63,990 nt of DNA, from the NCBI GenBank assembly GCA_051294375.1, contig CM119266.1, forward strand, positions 22,201,885 to 22,265,874, in the 5' to 3' direction. The DNA is from Paraspadella gotoi. Lineage: Eukaryota > Animalia > Chaetognatha. Each line of letters opens with the position of its first letter. The first letter of the stretch is position 1. Under the pieces are notes generated by a model. The model made no database searches. It was not told where the DNA came from and was given only the letters and a program-made list of their open reading frames with translations. Made by a program: the position numbers and the translations under genes. This document shows, in pieces, positions 1 through 24,551 of the stretch.

Positions 1-277
1 TTTTTTCTTTCTCCAGATTTCCTGATTCAAAAACCCATCGCTTTGTTCATCCCCCTTTCTCGATGGTTTCACGTTTCACATTTCACATTTCACATTTCAC
101 GTTTCACGTTCCAAAGCTTTTCTTTTTTCTGTCATTTATTAAGTTTGATTACCATAAATTACAATAGTCTACGTTTTATCTATGTATGAGGATACTCCCA
201 GAGTTGGGAATTCGCAACCCTCTAGTGACTCGAGTTTGGATACTCTCTGTTGTTGTTCCGATCGGCTTTGTCCGGAA

Positions 278-422
<145 letters not shown>

Positions 423-1590
423 TGGCGATGGAATAGCCCGCTAATGGAGTTGCACTCGTGCGTGCGAAGTTCACTGCCTCATTTTCTCTCGCTTCCTGAC
501 TGTCAAAATACAATCGCAAAATTCAACTTTCAAATTTTGTTTTTAAAAATTTAATGTTTTATTTACAAGTGTGAAGTTCATTAACTACAACTACATAATC
601 ACGCATCTGTTGAAGGTGAAATTTCGACTTCTAAAATCTGATATTATGAAGCTTTGCTTACTTCTCCTTCGTATTCCGCCAAGCGGCAAAGGTAGGCCAT
701 CAGTTTGGCGGCGGCGGCGGCGGCGGCGGCGACGGCGGCGGCAGCGCCGTTAGAGGTCGAGGCGGCGGTGTCAGCGAAGACGTTAACGGCGGCGGCGATT
801 GGATCATTTTGTACGGGGAAGAGTTGGGCTGGCTAAAGGGGCGAGGGGGGGCGTTCACATGTCGAAGGTCCTTTGTCGTTTATTAATTGGATTTAAGGCG
901 TTATCTCGATCTTGAAAGAAAAAACAAAGCGGTTGATTTACAGTCGTCATGGTAACCAATCTGATAAAATTCTAAATGCACTTGAAGTATTAAACTCTAA
1001 GGTTCCGAAGACCGTAATTTTCGGACATTTATTGTACGATACTGATTCTGTAGACATGAAGCATTTCACCATCCCCCCAAACTAAAATCTGGACCCCACC
1101 TCTTAGATCCCCATCGGACTCAAGGGAATAAAAGCCCTTTCCCCTAACCCAAAATCTGAACCCCCCTTTATCCCCTACCTCCGTCCCTTGGGAAGGAAAA
1201 TGGCCCCCGAAATTCCCGGCGGAGAGGAAATGATCCACTTTGATCTGGTCGCCGTCCGAGGAATTATGTAAACATGATTTTGGGGCCGAAGGAAAATCGA
1301 TTCCGCGACCGAGATGAGACTCCTGATAGATAGTGACAGACTAGTGATAGACTTGGTGATAGTAAAAGCCCGGGATGATTGGAAGGACGAAGGAAGAAGA
1401 GAATAATATGCTAAATAACTAAATTAACTAAAGGATTGTCTGGTCGTCAACGTTAATTAGTTTCGGTTTTATTTTAATTTAGGGGGAGAAATATTTTATC
1501 TTCACGATGAATTCTATCATCATTTACCGAATTTTATCACAAGACTTTTAAACTTGAGTTTATGCTCGAATCCTGCATACGATCTCTCTC

Positions 1591-1692
<102 letters not shown>

Positions 1693-1792
1693 CGACCTGC
1701 CCTGCGACTGGTGAAATCGTGGCCTTTGAGTCGGTGAAATAATTAATGTTTCTCGAAAAGCATTCATCTTATCGTCTATCTCTCTCTCTCGC

Positions 1793-11110
<9,318 letters not shown>

Positions 11111-11135
11111 NNNNNNNNNNNNNNNNNNNNNNNNN

Positions 11136-11544
11136 TCTCTCGCTCTCTCTCTCTCTCATTCTCCCTCCCCCTTTTCATCATCTCTTCGATGAACAACGGA
11201 CAAAGTGGAGCAGTGAGATGCGACGATGTGTGACTCGAAACTCGAAACTCGAAACCAAAAAAATATCTTTTTTTTGCACTTTTCGTTGAGTCCGCGTGTG
11301 GGTTTGAAACTCGAGGGCGTGGAAGAATGTGGTGAACAGCGTGGTCTCGAGCGTGGGTGTGTCCTTTTGGAGTTTTACATGTGGGGTTAAATATTGAATA
11401 TAAAAGTGGCTTGAAAACGAGATAAAAATTTCATCTGCGATTCCCAACTTTGATTTAGTCTCCCAAAAGGATGGAGAAAAAAAATGTTGTTGCGGTGACG
11501 AGAGGCGAGATTTAATTTCGTCTCATTCACCGAATTTGAAAGAC

Positions 11545-11594
<50 letters not shown>

Positions 11595-11604
11595 TTCTAC
11601 TTCT

Positions 11605-11658
<54 letters not shown>

Positions 11659-12176
11659 GTTCTCTCTCTCATCGTTTTTTTGGCCCTCATTTCGATTTCC
11701 CCTGCCGACTTAAACCTCCCCCTTACCCGACCCCCTTCCGACGGCGCCTTTTTGGTTTCCTCTTCTCTTTATTTCCAAATTTATTCGCTTCATTTTCATG
11801 CGACTAATTTCTCTCTCAATTCGAGTGAAATTAAAAAATGATAAACGTTTATCCTCGTCTTACGTCCCTCGTAATTTTTTTTTTGGAATGAATTAAGGGG
11901 GGGGGTTTACCCCGCGAAAAAATATTTGGCTCTCTTTTCACACTGCGCCACTTTTCCGTTCCTTTATCCCGGAATTTTAATTTAACCTTAATGTTTAACC
12001 TAAACTTTCAATAAAATTTTAAACTGTATTTAAAATTTACCTAATTCAAAAATAATTAATTACCATGGGGCGTTCTGGAAAAAAAAAGGCCCAAATTTTA
12101 TTCTCGGCATCTGCGATCACTGCGGCCGTAAAGTCTCGGGTTCTGTAAACTGGATTCGTTGCAGTCACCGATTCTG

Positions 12177-12246
<70 letters not shown>

Positions 12247-12607
12247 CGACGACGACGCCGGCGAAGCGATTGGACTCTAAATTTACGATGAGATTAATTA
12301 TGCATCGGGACGAATTCGTCTGCTCCGTTGCCGAGGTTGACCGGATCAAACCGTCGAATTCAGCGACGCAAGAGACGGTGCCATCGTCAACGTCGTCGTC
12401 GTCAACGTCGTGCGTCTTTGCTGAAGTCATCCGCCAAAAAACCGTTTTCTTTTTTTTTTTCCAATTTTTTTTTGTTTCGAATTTTTTTCTCGTCGTCTTT
12501 GACGCTCGAAAGGAGAAGATAACGCCAACAGTCGATTTATGAGCCAAAGGGCTTTCTGGGGATTTTTAAAAAAAGGAAGAGAGAGAGAGAGAGAAGAGAG
12601 GAGAGAG

Positions 12608-12643
<36 letters not shown>

Positions 12644-12795
12644 AAGAAGAGAGGAAGAGAACGAGTAGGGAGAGAAGAGAAGAGAGAGAGAGAGAGAGAG
12701 AGAACGACCCTGTGACCTTGAAAACCTGGTATCGGTGAGGGGTGGAGGAATATGGAATGTTATTTTTGAAAAAGTCGTCTTCGACGTTGTCGTTG

Positions 12796-12827
<32 letters not shown>

Positions 12828-13041
12828 GTCGTCGATGTCGTCGTCGTATTCGTCGTCGACGTTCTCCGTGATTGATTAAAACGGATGATTTGAAAAAGAG
12901 AAAACTCATTTTTTTCCCTCTTCGACTTCGAGTGAAGATTCGCCGTTTGAAAAAAAAAGCTAAGAGAATACAAGGGATCACGTGACTCGTGAGAGATGGG
13001 AGATTCATAAGTTTTGGAAAGATCCCTCGCCTTGTGAATTT

Positions 13042-13130
<89 letters not shown>

Positions 13131-16100
13131 GATAATGACAGACGGGCCGACGTGGAGTTATTACCTTTCCCTTGATCAAATTAAAACGAGGAATATGATC
13201 TGGGAAGCATAAAGGAGCTGGAGCTCAGACAAGCTGGAGTAAGAATTGAAAGCACGATGTTTGGGTTACGGGCGAAGAGGAAGGGTTGGCGGCGTGGGTG
13301 AAAGGAGGAAGCAGAGAAGGGTTAAAAAAAGAAGGAAAATAGAAAAAAGGGATTTCGGATGTTGGAACGGGTCATTTTTTAAGAGGATACTTGAGACAAG
13401 CGGAACATTATGGTTTTATGCCTCGGTAATTGATGAGAGCGCAAAATGCCAAAACTAATTTCGATCTGGGAGAGAAAAGTCACTTTGAACGAAATGAAAG
13501 ATAAAAAACCGAACCCTCCCCCCCCCCACCCACAAAAAAAAATCCCTTCGTCATTAGGATTTAGATTTTTAATTTTAATCTTCTTAAACATTTTTTTGGG
13601 ATAAAAATGTATTATGATCTCGTTCATGACCTTTATTCCGTTTTGAATCTGATCTCGATCCTTATCTTGATCAAAACCCGGGACCGGAGATTTTGGGATT
13701 TTTTAAACTTTTTCAAAACAAAATCGAGTGAAGATTTTCGCTCAAAAATTTTTAAGCGAAAAATATTAAGTCAAAATCACGACAAACTTTAAAATCCATG
13801 AAGAAAAAAAATTACGATTACGCTAAATGTACTATACAAATAAATAAATACAAAAAACAAATAGTTTTTTCTTCGATAAAGATTTTACCAATCTTACTAG
13901 ATTTACTGAAATGGTCGCGTATAGAATTATAAAATTAAATTTTAAGAAATTAGATTTTTGGAAACACACATGGAAAACTTTCGATCGAAAATTAAAAAAA
14001 AAAATCTGGTCTCGTTTTTTTTAAAGAGATTCTAAAACTGCTATTTTATTATCTTGTAATAGAGATGAAGGCTTTAATCTACAAAAGCCTGTCCAAAATC
14101 ACGGGCAAGATAACTTAATTATTAAATGAATGAATGAATGAATGAATGAATGAATGAATGAATGAATGAATGAATGAATGAATGAATGAATGAAGGCCCT
14201 ATAACTATAACTTTTTGTCTCATTAGTTCATCACTGCAATCCCTCGTGGAATACCCTGCTTTCCGCGCCTTTCCATCGACACTTCCCTACCAAGTTTAAC
14301 CTCACCCGACCCCCCCCCCGACACCCCGGTCTCCCTCGGTAACGGAGCGATCTTTAAAAAGAACCGAATGACCGATACTCGTTTTTCCGTCCCTCCGTTT
14401 CGAGGTTGAGAAGATAAAAATTATTGGGGATAAATATCGGAAGTGGGTCGTGACTCTCTTTGCCCTTTCGTCGTCGTCGTNNNNNNNNNNGTCGTCGTCG
14501 TTTTCAAGTAGAGTTGCGGATCCTTCAGCCTCAAGAGAATCACCCCATCCGCCCCCTTCAAAAAACGAGGAGTCTGAAAAAAAAGGGGGAAATCTTTTTT
14601 CCCCCTAAATTCGCGTTGGAAGTCGAAAGCCGTTTGACCTTGAGCGACCTTGAGCGAATCCAGAGTTCGAGATTTATCATCTTCTCTTGGATTTAAATCT
14701 CGCGACGAAGATATTTTGGATCGAGACGAGTCGTCGCTAAATTTACGATCTTTTATTTCATTTTCATCACATCGACTTTTTTTTGGGGTTATTATTGTTT
14801 TTTTCTTCTTCTGAATAAACAACGCAATTCGAGTTTGGACGGATTTTTCATTGGACGATCGAAAGGCGGATCCTAGACCGCGAGCTTGTCTCGTCGTTTG
14901 AACACAAGCATTGCCCTTCGATTGAGCGCAATCTATCTTCATTATTGAAGAAAGAGCTCTCCCCAGCATTGGGGTAGCAAGCAAGTTAATAACTTAACTA
15001 AAAGCAGTACCAATCCTTGGAGCGCAAGCGCCATTCTTTATTGCTTTGCAATCTCCTCCCATTGGTTGGAGAGATCAGTTCCTCTATATTGCGAGGACCT
15101 CCCAGAATGACCGCGACGCCTCGAACGCCTTTCCAGGCGAAGGGCATAAACCATAACAGCGAGTCTGTAGGGATAAACCCTCGAGATGCGGGACGACGAT
15201 GACGACGACGACAAAAACGACGATGACGACGACGAGGACCACTGAAACTACGGTAGTCGCGAGTCTAACGGGAGGGACGATGACGAAAACGATGACGAAC
15301 ACGATGTCGATGACGACGATGACGATGACGACGACGACGACTGCCACGAACCGTCGGGTCAAAACACTAAAAAGCTCTCAGTCCTTTTCACTTCGAACTT
15401 CGATTCGCTTCCTTTCTCCTCTTTCGTCCCTTTTTTATTCTTTCCCTTTTTTTTAAATTTTCCTTTTATTTCCTTTTTCTTTTTCCTTATTTTGTTGGTT
15501 TCTTTTAATCTTTTGCCTTTTTCTTGATTTTTTCCTTTTTTCTTTTATTTTAATCCTTTTCCTTTTTACTTTCTTTTTCCTTATTTTTTTTCCTGGTCAT
15601 TCGTCCTTTTCTCTTTCTTTTTGGTTATTCTTTGTTTCGCTTAAACTTCGTGTTTCGATTCGTTTGTTAAATACAGATTTAAAAAAAGAAACCATTTTGA
15701 TTTTCCTCCTCCTTTTGTCAATAAAAGATAAATAATAAATGACAAATTGATTTTCAATGACGAAATGATGTTTGATTTTTATGAAAAAACTCCCGACCGC
15801 AAAGAAAAAAAAAGAGAAGGAGCGTTTTTCGTCAATTAATCGCGTAACCGAAACTAATTAACATTCGAATAGAATTAATTAAGTAGAGGGAGGTGGCGAC
15901 GAGAGCGGGGGCAGTCGTGGTGGCGGCGGTGAATCAGCGGGGTCGGTAGCTGCTGAGAAAGAACTAGCGGGATGGTGGCGGCAGTGGGAGTTAAAAAGGA
16001 CGGTCGGCGTTTGGTAATCTGCACGGGTGGTGGCTAGTGGCTATGGAGGCCGCGGGCTTAAAACGGCGGTTGCTGGTGGTGTGGCGAGGTTGGTGGTGGT

Positions 16101-18299
16101 TGGGTGGCGTGATGTGGTGGCGGTGGGGGTAACTGTGGCGAGGCTTTATTTTCCTCGGCTCTTATATTATTGTTTCTTTAGTTCGTTGCTTTACAGCTTT
16201 TGATTTATATATGTGTTTTATTTCGTTTACAACAATTAGTTGAAACAGTTTACATTCAAAAGGGCGCATACAGGCATTCAGATAAACGCATAAATTGTAC
16301 AGTTTACAATTTCAACAAATATTAAATATTTAATTAACAGACGAAAAAAAGAAAAATAAAAAAAGAAAAAAAATAATCAACAATAAGCTGACAAGATTTT
16401 GTTAGCAATATTTTTCTTAGAGGAAAAAAAAGCTTGGATTTCATAAGTTTTTTTGATCTACAAGCAAAAATTTTTATAGATATCATTATATTCCAAATGC
16501 AGGACCTTAATGATTCGTACACTCTCCTCATCTATTTCCAACCAAAAAAATTTTCTAATACCATCATTTATTGCTACAGTTACTGCGTTCATATCTTTTG
16601 CCAAGATACTCTTTCACTCACTTCCGTACGTAGTTATTGTGACACATATTGGTTGTAGTACCAAACGCATTAAAACTTCTTCTGAGGGTTTTATTATAAG
16701 GAATTAAGGAGACAATTGCTAGACAGGTAGAAAGAGGCATAACTCAGATAATGGGTCAAGACAAATGCTTTTTCATACTAAGATTAAAAACAGATATTTC
16801 CATCGGTCTACGAATTCAATTGATATTTCCTTTTAATTAGTAAGAATCTTGGATACAATACTTTTGTTTGCAAAATACATTGTTTTTTGTTTTTCTTAAA
16901 ATTAAAACTAAAAGCATTGCCCTACTACTATAGTTATGCACATTATATCAATCATTTTTTTCATACCAGAAATTGGTTGGAAGATAACAAAGCTATATAG
17001 GCGTCAGCGGTAAAAATGCTAGCAGAAATAATATGATCTATATGGCAACCAAAACCAGATTTTCGTTAATTGAATTAATCAAGTTCAATCAACATAAACT
17101 ATGCCCACAGATAGGGACTTAAAAATACCACCCTGACGAACCCAGAAACAATAGAGAAATAATCTGAAAAGATGTCAGACCATCTATCACCTACTGCGGA
17201 GAAATTAAGGGTACCAGTAAGTAATAAGTCGTTAAAAAACATTAAGGAAATTTTCTCTTTATGACTTTTAAAAATAAACCATTAATGGTTAACCTTGGTC
17301 AAAATCCTTTTGAGATCCATGAATGTTAGCAACACCCCAGAGAACCATTTTGGCAAAAATGATTAACACACGCTTTCATGACAAAAACAGCAGGGAAGTA
17401 GAATGATTTTTTTTTGTAACAAACTGAAGGTCATTCCAGACTCCAAATAGTGTCGATTTTCATTAAGTAGACATTTGTTCAAACATTTACTAAAAACAGA
17501 ACTGTAAAGTTATTCCTCTATAATTTTTAGCACTTGTAAAATATCACCACTATAGGGTCTTTTTACTATAGGAAACATTAACTCCAGACAAAAAATCATT
17601 ACCAACTAACCGTGCCTGGTATAAGACCATTAATAAAATTTGGAGATGTTTACAACAAAATGTTGAAGGTGCATAAATTATATGCCTCCGTCTTACACAA
17701 AATCTGGCCCAATACTTTTTTCCAGCCTTTTATTTTAGATGCCTGCTCAAAAATTATCATTCAAGACAAATAGTAACGTTAATAGATCATTCACAATGCT
17801 TTGGATTATAAGTTAAATACTCGTTCGTTAATGAATCTTTTAAATTTCATTTAATAATGGATCAAAAATCATCCATAAATACTTTTTAAAAGTGTGGACG
17901 CAAAATGATTTCAACAATTTAGACTTGTCAGTTAATTGAATCATGATAGTTAACATCAGAGTTCTTTCCTTGTATATTATTCTACGTTTTCAAATCTTTG
18001 ATCATTTTTTCTCACACATAAATTGGGTTTAATCTATTTTAAGGATCATAATGAAATTAGTTGTTTTTGATTTTTCGTAAACAATTTTATAGTGAATAAT
18101 GAGCCTTAACTTTGGCGTTTATGTAATAGGTCCAGAAAGGATGTTTTACCGTGATGCCTTCCATAATTTTGAATGAGTCGATAGTATAACTTTTAAACCT
18201 CGTTAATTCATCATCCAATAGTCTTTTGAATTTTCGGATTACTACTGTGGTAAACACAAAATGCTAAAAAAACAATGGGGGAAATTGGAGAAGAGAGAT

Positions 18300-18330
<31 letters not shown>

Positions 18331-18350
18331 AAGAGAGAGGAGAGAGACGC

Positions 18351-18393
<43 letters not shown>

Positions 18394-18735
18394 AGAGAGA
18401 GAGGAGAGCTACTATAAATTAAAAATGGGGTAAACACGACGATGGTTTGATTTTTTTACGTCGGGCAAACAAATCGAATCGCTCCGGAGATTTTTTCCCT
18501 TCGCCGCTGAGTATTATACATTATTTCCAAAAAAATATAATAATTTAGAGAGTTTATTAACAATAATATAATTAACTCATCGTAAAAATTAAAAGAAACC
18601 ACGTGCGTCGAAACTTCTCGCTGTTTTGAGCGTCGTCTCGTCAAACCAACTAAAAAAAAATCTAGAGAGCGAGAGAGACAGATTAACAAGATCAAAAAAC
18701 CTTTTCCTTTTATTTTGCGCTTATTCTCTTTCTCT

Positions 18736-18822
<87 letters not shown>

Positions 18823-18922
18823 TCTATTCACGGTCTGCCTGCTCCCTTTTCCCTTCAGAACTTTGCGTCTGGTTGATTCGGCTGTTGCCCCTGTTTTGTT
18901 ACTCTCACACATGATTTGCAAA

Positions 18923-18975
<53 letters not shown>

Positions 18976-20332
18976 TCTCTCCCTCTCTCTCTCTCTCTCT
19001 TCTCTCTTTCTCTCACCTGGATTTCGAAAAGCCCGGGTTTTTCATAGTTTATTCTCTAAAAACTTCGAGATTTCATTTATTTCAAATTTAAATATTTTGA
19101 TTAATTGTTACGAGAACTTAAGGAAAAAGAATAGAATATTCATCCTTTTTTCATCCATTTTTTTTCGCTTTTATTTTTTTCTCTTTTTTTTTACGCCAAA
19201 AATGAATATCAACTTACCTAATTTTAAACTTTCTATTACAAGCGTTATTTTACTCTCTTATATTTCTTTCTTTCTTTCTTTTTTTCTATCTTTTCTTTCT
19301 TTCTTTTTTCTTTTCTTTCTTTCTTTCTTTTCTTTCCTTTTCCTTTTCTTTCTTTCTTTCTTTTTTCTCTCTTTTTTCTTTCTTTCTTTTTCTCTTTCTT
19401 TTCTTTCTTTCTTTCTTCTTTCTTGTTTTCTTTTGTTTCCATTTTTCCTTTTTTCTCCACTTTTAAACTCTTTTCTTTCTTTTTCCTTTTTTGTTCTTTT
19501 CTTTCTTTCTTTTTTTTTATTTTGTCTTCAGTCTTTCTTTTCTTCATTTTCCGTCCTCCTCCTCTTCCTCCTACTCTTCTCTCCAGATGAGATGTTATAG
19601 GAGGTAATTCAGGGAACCATTTTACCTCGCTCCTTAAAACTCTCTCTCTCTCCTCTCTCCTCGTCTTCTCTCTCCTCATGCTCTCTCTCTCTCTCGGTTC
19701 GCAAGCCTTTTGCGTAAGCCAGGGGATATTTTTCGTCGTCGTCGTCTTTCGGTCGTTCCGTCGTCATTATGTCACGGCCGACGTCTTTCAACAGCATTGC
19801 CGTACAAACTCGATAGATGAGAAAAAGCACTGATTTCATGCTTTGTTGTTCGTTTGCTTTTTCGCCTATTTTTTAGTTGCCCTCTCACTCTCTCATATTC
19901 TCTCTCTCTCTTTCTCTCTTCTCAGAGCCCCAAAATTCATAAATTTTTTTTGTTCAAAAAAATTTAATTTTTTTCCCTCTCAGATTTTCGTGTCCATTGG
20001 TATTTTAACGCTGACTACGCACTTTCGGGCTGCTGAATGTTTTTTTATTATTTTTCCACAAATTTCGTCGGGCGTTTTCTTTTGTTTTAAACTTTTTTTT
20101 TTATCAACTTTCCACTTTTTTAACTTTTTCCCTTCTTTCCCTTTTTTTTCTCGACTGCGAAACGATTTTGTCACGAAAGTCGAAAAGAACCTTTGAAAAA
20201 AAAAGGAAAAAAAAAAAAGAAAGAAGCCACAAATTAAGATCAGCACAAAATTAGTCAGAATTCGGAGCGAAAGAATAAAAATTAGTCAAATTACTCGAAA
20301 AAAGGAGAGAGAGAAAAGAATATTGTTGGCTA
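11136..20332. repeat. Duplicated block, copy 2 (probable assembly artefact)
   Basis: Collinear with 1793-11110 and bounded by 25-N gaps (11111-11135, 20333-20357). Some parts appear identical to copy 1; others differ mainly by homopolymer/microsatellite indels. Confidence 0.93.
16200..18260 (-). mobile_element. Second copy of the LINE RT fragment (offset 9210 bp)
   Basis: Appears base-identical to 6990-9050; the ORF track entries are identical (e.g. 7224..7448 vs 16434..16658). Confidence 0.85.
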
Positions 20333-20357
20333 NNNNNNNNNNNNNNNNNNNNNNNNN

Positions 20358-20501
20358 TTTTGTCTTTTTCTTTCTTTCTTTTTTTTATTTTGTCTTCCAT
20401 CTTTCTTTCTTCATTTTCCTCCTCCTCCTCTTCCTCCTACTCTTTCTCCAGATGAGAATGTTATAGGAGGTAAATCAGGGAACCATTTTACATCCTCGCT
20501 T

Positions 20502-20550
<49 letters not shown>

Positions 20551-21135
20551 TCGCAAGCCTTCGTAACCAGGGGATATTTCGTCGTCGTCGTCTTCGTCGT
20601 CGTCGTCATTATCGTCATCGCCGACGTCTTTCACAGCATTGCGTACAACTCGATAGAGAGAAAAAGCACTGATCATCTTTGTTGTTCGTTGTTTTTCCTA
20701 TTTTTATGTCTCTCTCTCTCTCTCTTTCTCTCTCTCAGAGCCCCAAATTCATTAATTTTTTTGTCAAAAAATTTAATTTTTTTCCCTCTCAGATTCGTGT
20801 CCATTGGGATTTTAACGCTGACTACGACTTTCGGGCTGCGAATTTTTTTTTTATATTTTTCCACAAAATTTCGTCGGCGATTTTCATTTTGTTTTAAACT
20901 TTTTTTTTTATCAACTTCCACTTTTTTAACTTTTTCCCTTCTTTCCCTTTTTTTTCTCGACTGCGAACGATTTTGTCACGAAAGTCGGAAAGAACCCTGA
21001 AAAAAAAGGAAAAAAAAAGAAAGAAGCCACAAATTAAGAATCAGCACAAAATTAGTCAGAATTCGGAGCGAAAGAATAAAAAAATTAGTCAAATTACGCG
21101 AAAAAAAAGGAGAGAGAGAAAAGAAATTGTGGCTA
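20358..21135. repeat. Partial third copy of the distal ~0.8 kb of the duplicated block
   Basis: Matches ~10300-11110 and ~19490-20332 with indels, then continues into unique sequence. Confidence 0.9.
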
Positions 21136-21522
21136 CAAAATCGATCGAGATAATTTCTTCAACGTTTACGACCAACGAGACGACGGGTAACCCTAAGAAC
21201 CAGCGAAAAACTACCGACGAATATACCAAATAAAAAAAAGACAAAAAAATTGGAAATAGTTCAATTTTAGTTTTCGCCAGTAACATCAAAATACGTAAAT
21301 ATTAACTCGAGCCAAAAAGAAGTTTTACAAATTAGCGAGGAAATGTAATCTTCTTTCTTTCTTTCTTTTTTTAAAAAAAAAGTTGTGCCAATTTTCCTTC
21401 GTTCTTATGTCGGAATTTTCTTGCTGAATTGATAGTAATTTAAAAAAAGAACAAACAAATAAAAACGACAAAAACGGCGGAATGAAATTCATCGTATAAA
21501 ATCGGCGCCTGACGCGTCTTAG

Positions 21523-21811
21523 CGCCGGCCACGCCCCCTTCCTGCCGCTCCTTTTCGCGTCACCATGATGGGCGTGGAACGGACTCCAGCGTCGATTCCC
21601 GTGGCGCGAGCGCGACCGCGCCCTCCGCAGTTCGGATCTCCGCAGATCGTCGTCACCGACCGACGCGCCTCCCCATGCTTCGTCAATGGGAACGGCGTTC
21701 TCAACGGCGTCGTCAACGGCGTCAACGGCGTCAACGGCGACGCCGTCGCGGGCAGAATCGCCAATCACAAACCGGAAGTCAGATCCGCGTCGTACAGCCT
21801 AAGATCCAGAG
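21523..21811 (+). CDS. Isolated GC-rich coding exon (..MMGVERTPASIPVARARPRPPQFGSPQIVV..NGVVNGVNG..SYSLRSR), possibly a distal 5' exon of DYRK2
   Basis: ctgac..ttag acceptor at 21522, ATG at 21565, and G|gtaaat phase-1 donor at 21811/12. The phase matches the DYRK2 acceptor at 33319, and codon style resembles the DYRK2 N-terminal exons. Confidence 0.5.
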
Positions 21812-23983
21812 GTAAATCGAATTTAATTAAATTGAATTAAATTTAACTATAACTTGTTACAAATGTTACAATGTTTAAACACCGTATTGAAAGAGAGTTA
21901 AGAACTAAATCCAGGGGTCTCGCTTTCGTAAGTATCACCGTAACGAACAATAAAAAACGTCTTTTCTTTAACTATTCATCGAAAGTTGAGTCCCTGAATT
22001 AAAGTAAATTAAGGTGGTGAATATAAAGCAAATGAACTTTGAAACGTCGCCCAGAGACATAATAAAACAAGGACGGGCACTCGCCGCTCTTGTCACCTTC
22101 TCCGGTGGCTTCGAGTTTCAAATGAGCATTAAATTTAAACTTCTGTATGAACTGATAGACGATATAGGTAAACATAGGTAGAAATATATATAATATTGTA
22201 TATTCCAATTTAATCTCAGAGTGACAGTGAAGTCTTTTCAGCATTTTTCTCCCGATCGTTATCGCATTTTCACCGAAATTTTTGTACATGTACTTAAAAC
22301 GCCATGTTCCTTTCAAAGCGAACCGAATAATGTTTACTGAAGAGTAAGAAAGGTGTTACTTTCGTCTGAAAATGAAAAAAAAAAAAGCGAAGAAAGCAAA
22401 TCGGGCTAACCCAAACAATCAGCCCAGATGATGGGGGGAATAAAAAAAAAAAGGGAGGAGAGGGCAGGAGAATTCGTATATTGGCATTTGCCGAGAGGGA
22501 GAAGGGAGAAATAACTGAGACCGATTTTATCCTTCCCGAGATAAAAGAGTGTTGAGTAAATTACAAGATTGGTTTTTAAATTTATTCAGGTAATTTGAAC
22601 GGGAAAAAAAAATCTCTTTTTTTTTCCTCTCTCTCTTTTTTTTCTTGGGGGGGAAGATTTAGTTTCGTTAAGACTCGGGAAGGAAGAGAAAAAGAAAGAG
22701 AGAGAGGAGAGAGAGAGTAGTGGGGGGGGGAGGGAAAGGAAAAGTCAGACCGAATATATAGGAATGTATGACATTTACACAAAAGTTTGAATTTTTAAAT
22801 TTTTGGGCGATGGCTAAGATTCTCTCGCATTAAATATTTGAGAAAAAATTTGCTATATTTTTTTTTTTTTGCTGGGGGTAAGTTTTAATCTTGATCGCAA
22901 CTTTGCCAAGAAAACAGGGAATGATATCAACGAGTAAAAAAACGAAACAACCGAGAGACTCTCAATATATTTGTACCCAAAAATGCGAAAAATCANNNNN
23001 NNNNNAAAAATCATGTTTTTTTTTTAAACAGGGAAATTTCCTGTGAATTCGCAAATAAACACGTTTCTCGTTTTTATTGCGACTTTTTGGCGGAAACCTC
23101 GACATTAACGAGTCCCATTTCAAGGTAGTTTCGACGAAAATCTCTTTTAAACATCTTTCGCTTCGTCGTTCTCTCCAGTCTCCACTCCCCCATTTTTTAA
23201 AATTTGTTCTCTTCTTTAATTTTTTTCATTTAACCATTTTCAACAGTTGCATTTTTTTACAATTTTTTAGTCACTTTTCGGTCGGTCAGTCGGTCGGTCG
23301 GTCTGTCTGTCCGTCGGTCAGTCCCACTTACGTTAAAAATGCTCATAACTCGTCTATAGTTGGTTGCTCATTTGTTAAGACAGGATAAAACCTAAAATAT
23401 AAGTGACTGCTAGAATAAAATACCGAATTCCAATGCAGTGCGTGCCAAAAATACAAATACAATATAAAGACGTTTGTTATATATAAATCTCCTAGTCGTG
23501 TAGTCATGTGATCACAGGGAAATACACATGAAAAGAAAGTCACTGCGACGCAACACATTGTATGGACCCATCTTGTTTTGTTCTTATCTACGTTTTATTT
23601 TCTCCTTTGGTAAGTTCGCGCTTAATAAGTCGTGATTAAACTAAAGAAACTAATTCTACTTTTTCTACCTTTATGTTTTGTTAATAACCGTTTCCCTTTT
23701 TTTCTTCTCAATTTTTCTTCCCTTCTCGCCATTTTCGGCAGAGATGAGACCTTCAACTTTTGCATTCCCTTTCGAGATCAATTGAACAGCGTATTCGTTG
23801 TCTTCGTCGTCGTCGGCTTATCGGTATCGTCGTCGTCGTCATCGTCGTCGTCTTACATGACGTAAATAAGATCATAAATGTCCAGATTTGGTCGAAAGAA
23901 TCAAAGTTCAAAGGTTTAACATCGAGGATCTCGATATTTTCAATGTGAGGGATTTCTGGAATAAATCAGGATCTCGAAATCCC

Positions 23984-24047
<64 letters not shown>

Positions 24048-24304
24048 CTCGTAACTGGATCATTTCACATCCTCGGTTCCCCCACCTTTATTTTTCGAGG
24101 ATTAGGGTTTACCCCCTTTCACTCTCATTCTTTCTCTCTCATTCTTTTTCTCTCTCCGCGCGTAGAAAACGCCAAACATTTTCGCGAAAATCGGGCCGAG
24201 TAAATCTCCAATTCCCACAGAACAAAAAATAATACGTCGGAAAGAGAGAGAGGGAAGGAGAGAAGAAGATACGAAGAGAATGAGAGAGAGAGAGATGAGA
24301 GAGA

Positions 24305-24376
<72 letters not shown>

Positions 24377-24467
24377 ATCAATAAAACTCGATATGAGCGT
24401 TCGTTTCTCTCGCGAGAAGGAAGGCGCAAGGGAGAAGGTGTATAAGCGGAGGGTGAAAAAGTGGGGG

Positions 24468-24551
<84 letters not shown>

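Noticed and set aside
21999-22316. 105-aa minus-strand ORF with one hydrophobic stretch
   Set aside because: AT-rich, non-ATG start in the track, and no consistent exon partners found.
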